This document shows positions 28,103 through 39,700 of a stretch of DNA of 64,000 nucleotides, one piece after another. The stretch spans positions 185,256,001-185,320,000 of the forward strand of contig OZ024743.1 in the NCBI GenBank assembly GCA_964016885.1. The letters run 5' to 3'. The position numbers and the translations under genes were made by a program. The DNA comes from Eledone cirrhosa (Eukaryota). Numbering within the stretch: the stretch's first letter is position 1; every line of letters starts with the position of its first letter. Below the pieces are notes generated by a model, which had not been told where the DNA came from, ran no database searches, and was given only the letters and a program-made list of their open reading frames with translations.

Positions 28103-28441
28103 GCTCATGGCTTACTGGTTAGAGCATTGGCCTTGCAATCGAAAGGTTGTAAGTTCAATTCTCAGTCTGGGTGATGTGTTGTTTCCTTGAGCAAGACACT
28201 TTATTTCACATTGCTCCAGTTTACTCAGCTGTAGAAATGAGATGATAGGGACTGGGGTCCCTATCATTCCACTGCAAAAAAGCACCCAGCCCAGACTGTA
28301 AAGTGGATGTAAAGCACCCAGCACTCACTGTAAATGAGGTTGGTGTTAGGAAGGGCATCCAGCTATAGAAATCAAGCCAGAATCAGTTCCTGCCCCACCC
28401 TTGCAAGCAGGGAAAAGCGGACATAAAATGATGGTGATGAT
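28101..28441 (+). mobile_element. tRNA-derived SINE family B, full length
   Basis: tRNA head, CCTTGAGCAAGACACTT core, tail GGTGTTAGGAAGGGCATCCAGC..(GAT)n shared with the RTE LINE 3'UTR; follows (TA)n(GA)n. Confidence 0.82.
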
Positions 28442-29970
28442 ATATATATAATTAATAATAGTAATCCCTAAACTATACATATAGTGAGAGAGAGAGAGAA
28501 AGAATTATTTGAATATTTATATTCACTCTAATTTAATGACTATACATATATATGTGTGTGTGAATATGTGTATGCATGAATGCAGTCATATATTTATTTA
28601 TATACACAAAGTATATGGTTACATATCTAGTCAAGTATATTTTATTATATATCGATGTGTATAGAAGAAGAAAAGAAAACAAGTGTAATAGTATCAATAA
28701 TAACTATACTCAATATATTTCTGTATTCCTATGAATCAATATATTTCTGTATTCTTATTTCAGTGAATCTGTTTTATGATAAATACACAGGGCAGTGGAC
28801 AAATTGCTTTGTAGTATTTAGTTATGATTTTCTATGTTCTGAGTTCAAATATTGCTGAGACCAATTTTGTCTTTCATCCTTTCAGGAACAATAAAATAAA
28901 GTACCAGGCAAGTACTGGGGTCAATATAATAGACTGTCTCCTTCCCCATAAATTGCTGGCCTTGTGCCTAAATTAGAAATCATTATAATAATGTACACAG
29001 GTAAATAATTTCATATGAACACATTGATTAATTATTGCCTATACTTTTAAATATCAAAGATGAAATAGGAAATAGAAAAAAAAATATGATGTAAATGAAA
29101 GATTTCTTGTTAATTGTTTGTTTTTGTGTGAGGTGGTGAAGAAAGAAGCTAAGGTGTCTGTAGAAGCAGGGAAAATGTGGGGTATAACTAGCCTTCTGAT
29201 CTATTGCAACAGGTAGATCAATAGTTTTGACGTCAATAGAGACAGCTATCATTGATCCATTTGCAACAGTTTAGCCAACAGGAATATTTGCATGCATAAG
29301 TGAAGTGCAAACAGACATAAATTACATTTGAACATACCACACCCAAATACATATCACAATGCCACATACACCACCACCACGACCATTTTTTACTGATAAA
29401 TTATTGAGAAAATATATTTTTAAATAACAGTTTGGCACAACCATATATATATATATACCATTGCCACATACATGCATACACCCATACCACATACATACTT
29501 AGAACATTTTTTACTGATAAATTATTGTGAAAATATATTTTAAAATAATAGTTTGGCACAGTTTTTTGGGGTGTGGGTGGGGGTCAATAATATTTTAATT
29601 TGCTCATCCCAAGCAGGACAATAAAGCCACTAAAATGCAAGGGGGTTACTGAGGAGGGAACAGGACAAGACAGAGAGAACATAATTAAAGGAGAGATGAC
29701 AATTGATATTGCTTTTGAGTTTTTGCAAATTGCAGTGGTACTTTATTTTATCGATCCCTGAAATGAAGAAAGGCAAAGTTGACCTCAATGGCATTTGAAC
29801 TCAGAATGTAAAGAGCTGTAACTAAATACAGCAAAACATTTTGTCCAATGCACTAAAAATTCTGCCCCACCCACCCCATATATATATTTTTAAATAACAA
29901 AAAAACAAAACAAAAAAAAAAAAAATCATTGAAAGTTAATGAAATCGTTTGTTTGAGAAATATACCAAAT

Positions 29971-30158
29971 TACCGGATATACTCAAATATAAGCCACCAC
30001 CCTCTCTGTCTGAGAAATGAGAAAAAATTCAAACTTCATTTATAAGCTGAAGCAGCTAATCAACATCGTTTAGATGGCATATATAAGCCAAAACCCCACC
30101 ACCACCATTTTACCATTGATTTTTTGGGGGGTCATATTCCTTGCAAGTATATACAGTA
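29971..30158. mobile_element. Tc1/pogo-type MITE
   Basis: TA-CCGGATATACTCAAATATAAGCC ... AAGTATATACAG-TA; partial relative at ~18011-18090. Confidence 0.5.
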
Positions 30159-30495
30159 ATTTTCGTTGCCAACAGATCTTCAGATGGTTGAATTAACAAA
30201 ACAATAAGTTGACTGTCTCCATCAGTTAGTTCTGATGAGTGTTCCAGTTGTTTAGACAACAGAATAGCTTGCTCATGAAATTAATGTGTAAGCAGCTGAG
30301 CATTCATTCCATAGACATGTACCATTAATGTAGTCCTTGGGGAGAGTCAGTATAGCACAAGTGTGACATAGCTGGTCTGTTGACTTATAGGTAAAATTCA
30401 TTTTTGGCAGTGGAGTGAACTGGAGCAATGTAAAAAAACTATCTTGTTCAAGGACACAATGTACTGTTGGGAACCAAACTTACTGCATTGTTTAA

Positions 30496-30651
30496 TCCTT
30501 TAGCATTTAAACCAACCATATTTGACCAGAATTCTCTCATCTTTCTGTTCTCAAAATCTCAGATTCGATATTATGTGAGATAATTATATAAGGTAAAGCC
30601 TTTACCACAAAAATACAATAGTATATATAGAGTAATGTAAATACTAAAGGA
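30496..30651. mobile_element. TTAA-flanked piggyBac-type MITE inserted in a SINE
   Basis: TTAA-TCCTTTAGCATTT ... AAATACTAAAGGA-TTAA; relatives at 33450-33553, 41720-41910, 44940-45115, 59737-59925. Confidence 0.75.
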
Positions 30652-32146
30652 TTAAACCACTAAGTCCCACGTCTTCAGATTGATAGCATATAATACAAAT
30701 CTGCCTAATTGGTAGTGTTGCATCCCTAGCAAAAGCTGTAAATATATATCATACTTTATGCAGGAACTTCTCACTGCTGTACTGCAAATTGGTGTATACA
30801 CTAGCAGAAACAGTCTTCTGGTAGTTTACCTAGCATTTGTTGATCTGGAGAAAGCTTTCAACAGAGTGCCCATGCTATAATCTGGACTCTTAGAAAACTA
30901 GAAGAGTGGCTTGTGAAGGCTGTACAAGCCATGTATAGTAAGAAAGCTGTAGAAACCAAGCTAAAATAAGTCCTGTATAAGACATGACAACTCATCTAAC
31001 CCATGCCAACGTGGAAAAATGCAAGTAAACAGTAATGATAAAGATTTTGTGCTTTCTACACTAGCATAGACCGGAGAGAGCAAACCCTATAGTGTGTACT
31101 GTGTACATTTTTTCCTGACATCAACACAAAGTCACATGCTCAAGTCCTCTCAAACCCTATATCTTTATCTATACATTCTCCTCAATGTGTTTACACCCTG
31201 TGGAGTCATCTATCCATACTCTATCTTTAGCAACCAGTAATACCATCTTCCTCAAAATGGTTAGCTTCAGATGCAACCACCTGCTTTAAAAGATGCCCTG
31301 ATTTCACGAGACATGCTTTCTCAATTAAATAGTGATTATATGTTTTAGAACTACTGTTGATCAGTTTCGAATTTGCACCCTGTACTCTATTTTTTCTAAG
31401 CAAGAAAATGAATTAAACATTTTTTTTTTGTTTGTACAGTATCAGCTGAAAGTGACAAACTAATGCAAGGGAGATAACGTTATCCAGTATTTTCATTTCA
31501 GTGAACATTTTTTTAGCACCATCTTTTTAAATTGAAATTACACACCATTTTCCCTATTACATGTTTATATAATTAACCATGCACAAACAACACTATGATG
31601 ATACATCGTCTTAAGTCTTTGATCAAATCTCTTTCCATTCATATAATTTGCTATTGATAGGGAAAATATTTCTTGCAAATAATTATATTGAAACAATATA
31701 ATCAATGGATTTATCTTTTCAATGTGTTCCAAATGTAGCAAAAAGTCATAACGCTGGTGATTCGATTTATAACTTAAATTGTTAATATTTTTTATTTATG
31801 AACACATTTTCTGATAAATATATTCTAATTAACCACACACAGAACATTTTTTACCATAATTGATACCTGTTAGTCCCGATTTATTCTCTAGTACAAGTGT
31901 TCCAAAAAATAGCAGCAGAATGTAAACAGGACATGTTTAAATGAATTCCTAGTGAAATTTGGATACTGTAGATCAATTATTTAAAAAACAAACCATTAAA
32001 TATGCCATCAGTCAATACAATGTATTAAATGAAAATGTTATTCTTTTAATAAAAGCTGCCCAACTGCCTTAGAAAAACATAAGGCCTCATCTGTCATCAA
32101 GGGTTATGACATTGGAACAAACACTATAAAAACCAATCAGTATCCT

Positions 32147-33377
32147 GCATCATCATCATCACCGTTTTACGTCCGTTCTTCCACGCTAGCATGGGTTAGA
32201 CGGGTTGTGGGCAGTGTCTGGTCGGCTGACCATGCCTTGCTCATACAGGAACTGATTTGGCTAGATTTCTACAGCTGGATGCCCTTCCTAACACCAACCT
32301 CATTTACAGTGAGTGCTGGGTGCTTTACATCCACTTTACAGTCTGGACTGGGTGCTTTTTTGCTGTGGCACCTCCACGACCACCTTGCAGTGGGGTGTGT
32401 GGGGGCATATTGTCTATATGCTTCAGCTTGTACCCATGGGAGGTTGGGTACTCTGTATTACTGCGCGATGCCAGGTCACGGGTCATTGCCTTTGAGAGGT
32501 GTAATTGGGTAAGGTCGGCTTTTTATCACCTCATCCCAGGTCACCCAACTCCGCGCGCGGTTTCCATCAACTTCTAGTGCTCTGCACATGTCATCCTTCA
32601 TACGCATCACATGTCCATACCAACGCAACCGCCTCTCCTGCACACAGCATTTGATTCCTCTTATGCTCAGTCTCTCTCTCAATTTGTTTATGCTTTGCCG
32701 TTCGCGTATATGACTATTACACATCCAAGCTTCGTTTCTCTCTAATCTACGCAAGTCTTCCACCTTCGGCGCCCAGGTCTCACTACCATGCAACATCGCT
32801 GTTCGGATACACGCATCACACAGTCTGCCTTTCATTTAGAGGGAGAAGCCTTTTGCAGCTAGCAGTGGTAGTAGTTCCCTAAACTTCTTCCATCCCGTTC
32901 TTACCCTAGTTATTGTACTTTCTGAACACCCACCTCCGCTGCTAATTCGGTCACCTAAGTAGCAGAAGCTGTCTACAGAGATTGGTGGTACTTGTTTCCT
33001 GTGGCTGTTCGCTGCTTGCTGTCCCAGCACAGCTGCTGCATGTGAAGCCTACATTCTTAAGCTTCCTGAGATCCCGCTATATCTCTTGTGCATTTGGGAC
33101 AGAGAATGGAGTTCCTACCTACACCTTTCCTACATACTGAGGAAGGCCATTTCCCTGAGGGGATCTGGGTTCTGTTTTCTCGTCTACTTACAAGGACCCT
33201 AGTCTTTGTCATGTTGACTTTGAGACCCTTTCTTTCTAGTCCCTGCTTCCAAGTTTGGAATTTCTTGCCTAGTTCTACCATAGATTCAGCTATAAGTGCA
33301 AGGTCATCAGCATACAGGAGTTCCCATAAGCATCCGGTCTTAAACTCCTCCGTTATTGCCTGCAGGACTATGATGAA
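32147..33377 (-). mobile_element. RTE-clade LINE, 5'-truncated and decayed
   Basis: WELLYADDL, GLKVNMTKTRVL, VDSFCYLG, RRLRWYGHVMRM, (GAT)n tail. Confidence 0.88.
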
Positions 33378-33629
33378 CAGATATAATCAGATATGCAACA
33401 GATATAATGCTAGGAAAACTGAGCATTGGTACATTGGCCATTGTACTCAACCTTTTAGCATTTTCATGGTGAGATTTTGATATTAATTTCAAGAACAATA
33501 AATACTGTAACATCACTGAGTGGCCAGTTACAGCTGGTTTAAATGCTAAAGGGTTAAACCACCAGATCAGGAATCTCAACTGAAATAGCAATTTAACACA
33601 AAAAATTAAAAAGTTTTAATCAATACAAG

Positions 33630-33635
33630 TTTATT
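33630..33635 (-). terminator. polyadenylation signal of RPL13A
   Basis: AATAAA about 20 nt after the stop codon, followed by T-rich sequence. Confidence 0.7.
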
Positions 33636-33655
33636 AGACTCTCCATACAATGGAT

Positions 33656-33739
33656 TTATCTGTAACCATAGCCTTTGATTATATCATCAAAACGTTTAAT
33701 GTCTTTGCTCACGGCTTCTTTTGCTTTTCTTTTCAAGGT
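33656..33739 (-). CDS. RPL13A: RPL13A last exon
   Basis: TTGTAG|[30 protein letters not shown]; AATAAA at 33630-33635 on the minus strand. Confidence 0.93.
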   Translation of the reverse strand, partial: TLKRKAKEAVSKDIKRFDDIIKGYGYR

Positions 33740-36700
33740 CTACAACAAAGAACACAGGAACAATATTAAGTAAAAATCTTACGAACAAAACTAACTATAT
33801 AAAAATTTCAATTAATAACATATTTACCTCATCAGATCTTGCTTTCCCAACAAAGATACTAGACTTAGCCTTCCTTTTAGCTTCTAAACTAGCAATGACA
33901 GGTTGATATTTCCAGCCAACTTCATGTGCCAATCGATTCAAGTCACAGTACTGAAATGAAATAAGTCAGATTTTAAGGAGACGCTCCAGTATGGCAATTG
34001 TCAGGACTGAAACCAGTAATAATAATAAAAAAAAAAAAGAAAGACATGAAATCTTATGAAACAGCAGACAGTTACAGCCCAGTAATCAGAATTTGATAAT
34101 TCTCACATTAAATCAAGCAATGTAGGTAATTATAGTCATCATCAACACAGCTGATACATTAGTCAGATGAAAAGCAAAAAATTTACAATTAATTTAAATT
34201 ACACTGAATTGAGCTACTAGAACATCTACATCGTTATAAACTACTATTCAGAACTTTTGTTCTATGAAACGAGGAAGAGTTTGATTTATTTTCACAAACG
34301 AGTAAACAATGTAGGTATATAACAATCCTCAACACAATTCACCAACAGAAACCTTTGAAAAATGAAACCAGTGAAGGAGTATGTTCTTATTCCAATAAAA
34401 TTGACTGCAAAGACTCAACAGAATAACTAGTCTTGAAAATTAATGTGCCGGTATTAAAATTTCTACACATCAAATGTAGCTAAATTAGTTAAGAAAATAA
34501 CCCCAGTAACTGGATCCATAACTTTGATAATTTTTCAAACCATGTAAAAGCTTAGTTATGAGAATCAAAAAATTATTATTCAAATAATAATTGTTTCTAC
34601 TTTTGGCACAAGGCCAGCAATTACCCCAGTGCATTACTGGTACTTTATTTTATCGACCCCGTAAGGATGAAAGGTAAAGTTAAATGACCACCACCATGAC
34701 AAAAAAAGCCTCTAAAATATGGTGGAGTATAGAAACTCCTTACCACAGCCAATTATTTAATTTTATCCCTTCCAGCCACGATAATTTATGCTCCCAAAAT
34801 TATTGAGCTTGGTTAAAACTTTTCAGTCAGTTTTTCTGTCAAGATACCTTCCTTATGCCAATATACTTTGTATACACACAACACAAGACATTCATGGAAA
34901 AGTACAAAACTATACATCACATTAAAAATTGAGCTCTAATATTGCAAATATGTCCACCAGTGAGAATACTATAAACACTTGTTTTTAAATCTTTTAAATC
35001 ATTAGGTCAAGAGATATGTATAAAAGGTATGTTAACTTTACATAATGCAATAATTTTTGACACAAAATTGAGATATTTAACTCTTTAGCATTCACATTAC
35101 TCTAAAGGCTTTACCTCGCATAATTATCTCTATCGAATCTGAGATTTTGAAAGTATTTATTTTAAGAACAATACCTTAACATCAGTTTGAGCGACTAGTT
35201 ACAGCCAATTTCAACAGAAAGAGGTAGAGAATTCTGGCCGGTTTGAACATTAACTCTTTAATGATCAAACCATCAACAAATTCGATAATTACTGTGAGGT
35301 TAGGCCCTTACCACGAAAATTAACACTTAATATAGTGAAACAACTTAATGTTTTTTTTTAACATCGAAAGTAGGAACAGATTTTTTGTTTATCAACATGG
35401 CTTGTGAAAGTAGCGATACCGACTTTGAAGGTTTTACACACGATGAATATGTTCCCAATTTTATTCAAAATACTGGTCCACAACACACATCAGATCCCGA
35501 CGCAAAAGGACTGGATTATTTCTTTTTGTTTTTACCACAAACTTTTTTTGAAGTTGTGGCAGAAGAGATTAATCGATATGCCAACAACAGATTTCAAATC
35601 GAGGAAAACCCGATCTGTTTGGCGACTGACAGATGCTGCAGAAATGCAAGCATTTTTTACCGTAAATATTATGTTTGGTATAAAACAATTTCAAAGACTG
35701 TGGAATTACTGGAGCACTGATATAAGGTTTAGTGATCCTTAAAAGACCAGAGACTTGATGCCTGTTGAAAAGCCAGTCAATGAAAAGAGATTAAGTTATT
35801 GAAAATTTTATGAATTAGAAACTTACTGTAAGAACAGTTCTAAAACAGCTGAGTTATCAGATTTTCATAATTCTCACAGAAAATCAAGCAATGTAGGTAA
35901 TTATAGTCATCATAAACACAGCTGATACACTAAACACATATACACTGAATGAATCTACACAAACCAATTAAAACCACTATATTTAGCTTTTGTGCATTTA
36001 GACGGATTTCAAATTGAGGAAAACCCGATCTGTTTGGCGACTGACAGATGCTGCGGAAATGCAAGCAATTTTTACCGTAAATATTATGTTTGGTATAAAA
36101 CAATTTCGAAGACTGGAATTACTGGAGCACTGATATAAGGTTTAGTGATCCTTATATATCAAGTATAATGCCGAAAACAACGTATTTAAAATTAAACCAG
36201 TATTTGCACCTGTTTGATACTTCAAATGCCCATTAAAGTCAAATTTAACCAAACAAAATCAAGTAAAATTATATAATTGTAAATTATTGATATTTAAACA
36301 TCTACCGACCAAATTTTAAACCTCCACATTGATAAACCTCTTTAGTATGATTACCTCAAAATAATTGTTTCTACTTTAGGCACAAGGCCAGCAATTACCC
36401 AGTGCATTACTGGTACTTTATTTTATCGACCCCGTAAGGATGAAAGGCAAAGTCAACCTCGGCTGGATTTGAACTCAGATTGTAAAAGGACGTAACTATG
36501 CTGGAAAGCATGACGTCCGACCCTCTACCGATACTGCCAATCCACCTCAAAATAATGTGAACAGATAAGCATGACATTTGAAAATTAATGCGAATGCTAA
36601 AGGGTTAATCACTAAACCACAATTCACAGGTTCACGTGACGAGTAGATCAAGATCACTCCAAGACTACATACGCCTACATAAAAGACCAGAGTTGATGCC

Positions 36701-39700
36701 TGTTGAAAAGCAAGTCAATGAAAAGAGATTAAGTATTGAAAATTTTATGAATTAGAAACTTACTGTAAGAACAGTTCTAAAACAGCTGAGTTATCAGATT
36801 TTCATAATTCTCACAGAAAATCAAGCAATGTAGGTAATTATAGTCATCATAAACACAGCTGATACACTAAACCCATATATACTGAATGAATCTACACAAA
36901 CCAATTAAAACCACTATATTTAGCTTTTGCCAGAGTACATATCTGGTGGTCCCTAAAGAAACTAAGTGTAGAAGAATGGTCTGTGAGTCTGTGAAAGCCA
37001 TGTACAGAAGTTAGTAAATTTAATGTGCAGTTAAGTGTCCATCAAATCTATCATCAATCCTCTCATAATTCTTAGGGCCATAATAGAAGCTTAAGACTGG
37101 CCACATATGGAACTTCTATATGCTGACGACCCGGTTCTTAAAGTTAAATCTGTGGAGGAGCTAGAAAAAAATTCTGGCTTTGAAAACAAATTAGAATCAG
37201 GGGGCTTAGAGTAGACATGTGAAAAATTTATTAAGTAGGAAAGGAGACAAGGCCCCAATTAATCCAAGGAAGTAGCTTTCCTCAATATGTCTATATGTAG
37301 AAACTCTAAACAGGTTTTGTAGCTATTAAGAGCATCAGTGAAAAACCTTTTCCAATACTGGGAAGGAAAAAGTTGATCGATATGAAATATTAATGTGAAA
37401 AACAGAGCATAGACGAAAAATTGGATATAAGAGGAATCAGATATGTGCAGAAGACTATACTGGTATGGACATGGACTATTGGCTCTTGCAGTAGAGGAAG
37501 ACCAATACCTGATCTCAAATTGCTGAAGCCCACAGAGATGACAAAAGACTGGTAAGGGGGAGATGCTGAGTCGGAAAAAAAAACCCATCGAACCCATTCA
37601 AGCATGGAAAAGCCAACGTAAAACAATAACACACAGCAAACTATTCTCAAGTTACCTTTCGGCCTGGTTTTAAACGAATAATTCGGAGAGCTGCTGGAAC
37701 AATCATTCGTTTCTTTTTGTTATATGGTGGAGGAACACCCTCAAATGCCTTCAGTCGGCCAAGAGCGTCTTTACCACGTTTAATTTTATGAGGAAGCATA
37801 CCTAAAGATAAAGAAAAATTTCAGTTAGCATTTAAAAAACTTAAAAACAGGCCAAGAAGAAACAATTGACAGCCGTGGTAATCATTAAACAAATGAGAAA
37901 ATGTCGCACACAGTATCTTGAAAACAACCCCACAGCAGATGAATCAGCATGACAATCAATATTTGACTAGTTACATGAATCCACCAGTATAAAATCTGTG
38001 GATTTCTGCCAAGTATTAAGTAATGAATCTCCATTTGCTTTCCCTGCTGGAAATGGTAACCTTAATACCCCTTGAATTACATAAGCACGTCACCTGCAGA
38101 ATAAATATATAGGCCAGTCTCAGTTGGTAGTGCATGTATGTAATGTCATTAATTACTTTCATGTCAGTGTATGATCATCATAGACAATAGGCCAAAAAAT
38201 AGACATTCTAAGAGATGTATGAACAATGCAAAAACCCAATCAATATAATAGCAACATTCCAGTCATAAAAATATTTCTTCAACAGTATATTTAACCCTTT
38301 CGTTACCATATTTCTAACCAAAATACACCCCTTATGTGTTTCAATTAATTTCTAACAATCATAAATTTAGTCTGGTTTCATTAAACAACTAACTTTTTTA
38401 TTTATCAACATATTAATGTGATTTTTGGAAGAAAATTTAACGAAAGGTTCTCAACCAATTCTATTCCATAATTTTTGTCTCAAAGTGACTAATTACATGT
38501 AAATTCAACAAAATATGAAATTATTTAAATTTTGTTCAAACATCGCTATAGAAAATGGGTTATAATATTCAATTGGGTATACAACAAAATTTTACTATAG
38601 AAGAGTTGTGCACATTACTGGATTTATCAGGTGAATTTAAACACAAAAGACAGGTGTACCATAAAGGTATAAATAAAACAAAAGACTGGAATTTGTCTGA
38701 AGAAAACTAGAAAACAAAATACACACACACCAACTAGATTAAATAAGCTCTCCCACATACATAGATATGCAGAAATATACAATGATTTACAAAAGAAATT
38801 AATCAAAACTCGTCATTCACCTTACAGTTAAATTAAAATTACACAAAGAAAAAAAAAAAAAAAAAAAAAAAAAACGAAGTAAATTTGAAAATATTAATAA
38901 AATAAAATCACATAATATACAAATCAAACAATATTCCTATCATGAAAACTTGTGAAGCACCCTGTTCTACATAATGCAACCTTGCAGAATGCACATTGGA
39001 AAGTGGTTTCAACAGATCTTCCACTAGGAGCTTTCCTTTTTTGATGAAGGCATTCACGACTGCTTTTTGCAACCCTCGATTTTTTCTAATTTATGGAGAT
39101 CGGCTGAATTCAGAGGGATATCTCTCTGCCAGGCTTTGCTTTTTCTCCCTACAAGTTATCTTTTTTGAGGAATAACCAGCTCTTAATTGTGTTGCTATAT
39201 CTGCTCGGAACTGCAGATGGCCGCATCGCTTTCGAGCGGGTCCCGATTTGGTATCATTATCTATAAAAGGCAGATTGTCTGTGTGCATGTTCCATGTTTA
39301 TACATTTGCACAATTTCAAACCGATTCGACTCGAAGCCTGTAAGAATGTTAACTTAGGTCAACTATTTATTTCATTCAAACTCACCCACAATTACGGAAA
39401 TAATCGATAAAACTAAATACATGACGCTTTAACCCTCGAATACAATCAGATTTCCTCTCTCTACTCCCCTTAAAATTCGATAAAACTTCATACATGCTGC
39501 AACTTTCTCTTATATACAATTAAACTTACAAACTTTAAGAGAGATAGAGAGAGAACGTTTGTTTTTGAGTGTGGAACTGTCAAACATTTATTTACTTCAA
39601 TGACAATTCATACGAAACAACAATTATTCAAAAGCAACAGATAAATTTATTCAACAAAAAAAAAAAAAAAAACGGCGATACATCTTTTTTAAAACATCTA

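Larger units (their letters stand above)
35081..36604 (+). mobile_element. Internally deleted piggyBac element enclosing a U34 copy and a SINE
   Basis: TTAA on both sides; TIRs CTCTTTAGCATTCACATTA / TAATGCGAATGCTAAAGGG; PGBD4-like N-terminal fragments ([15 protein letters not shown]; [28 protein letters not shown]). Confidence 0.75.

Noticed and set aside
29320-29560. ~120-bp tandem duplication (similar simple duplications at 2049-2100 and 11190-11270)
   Set aside because: Ordinary slippage duplications in low-complexity DNA with no functional signal
30232-30290. CTGATGA...GAAA as a hammerhead
   Set aside because: Stems I and III and a cleavage triplet could not be formed; lies in SINE-like sequence
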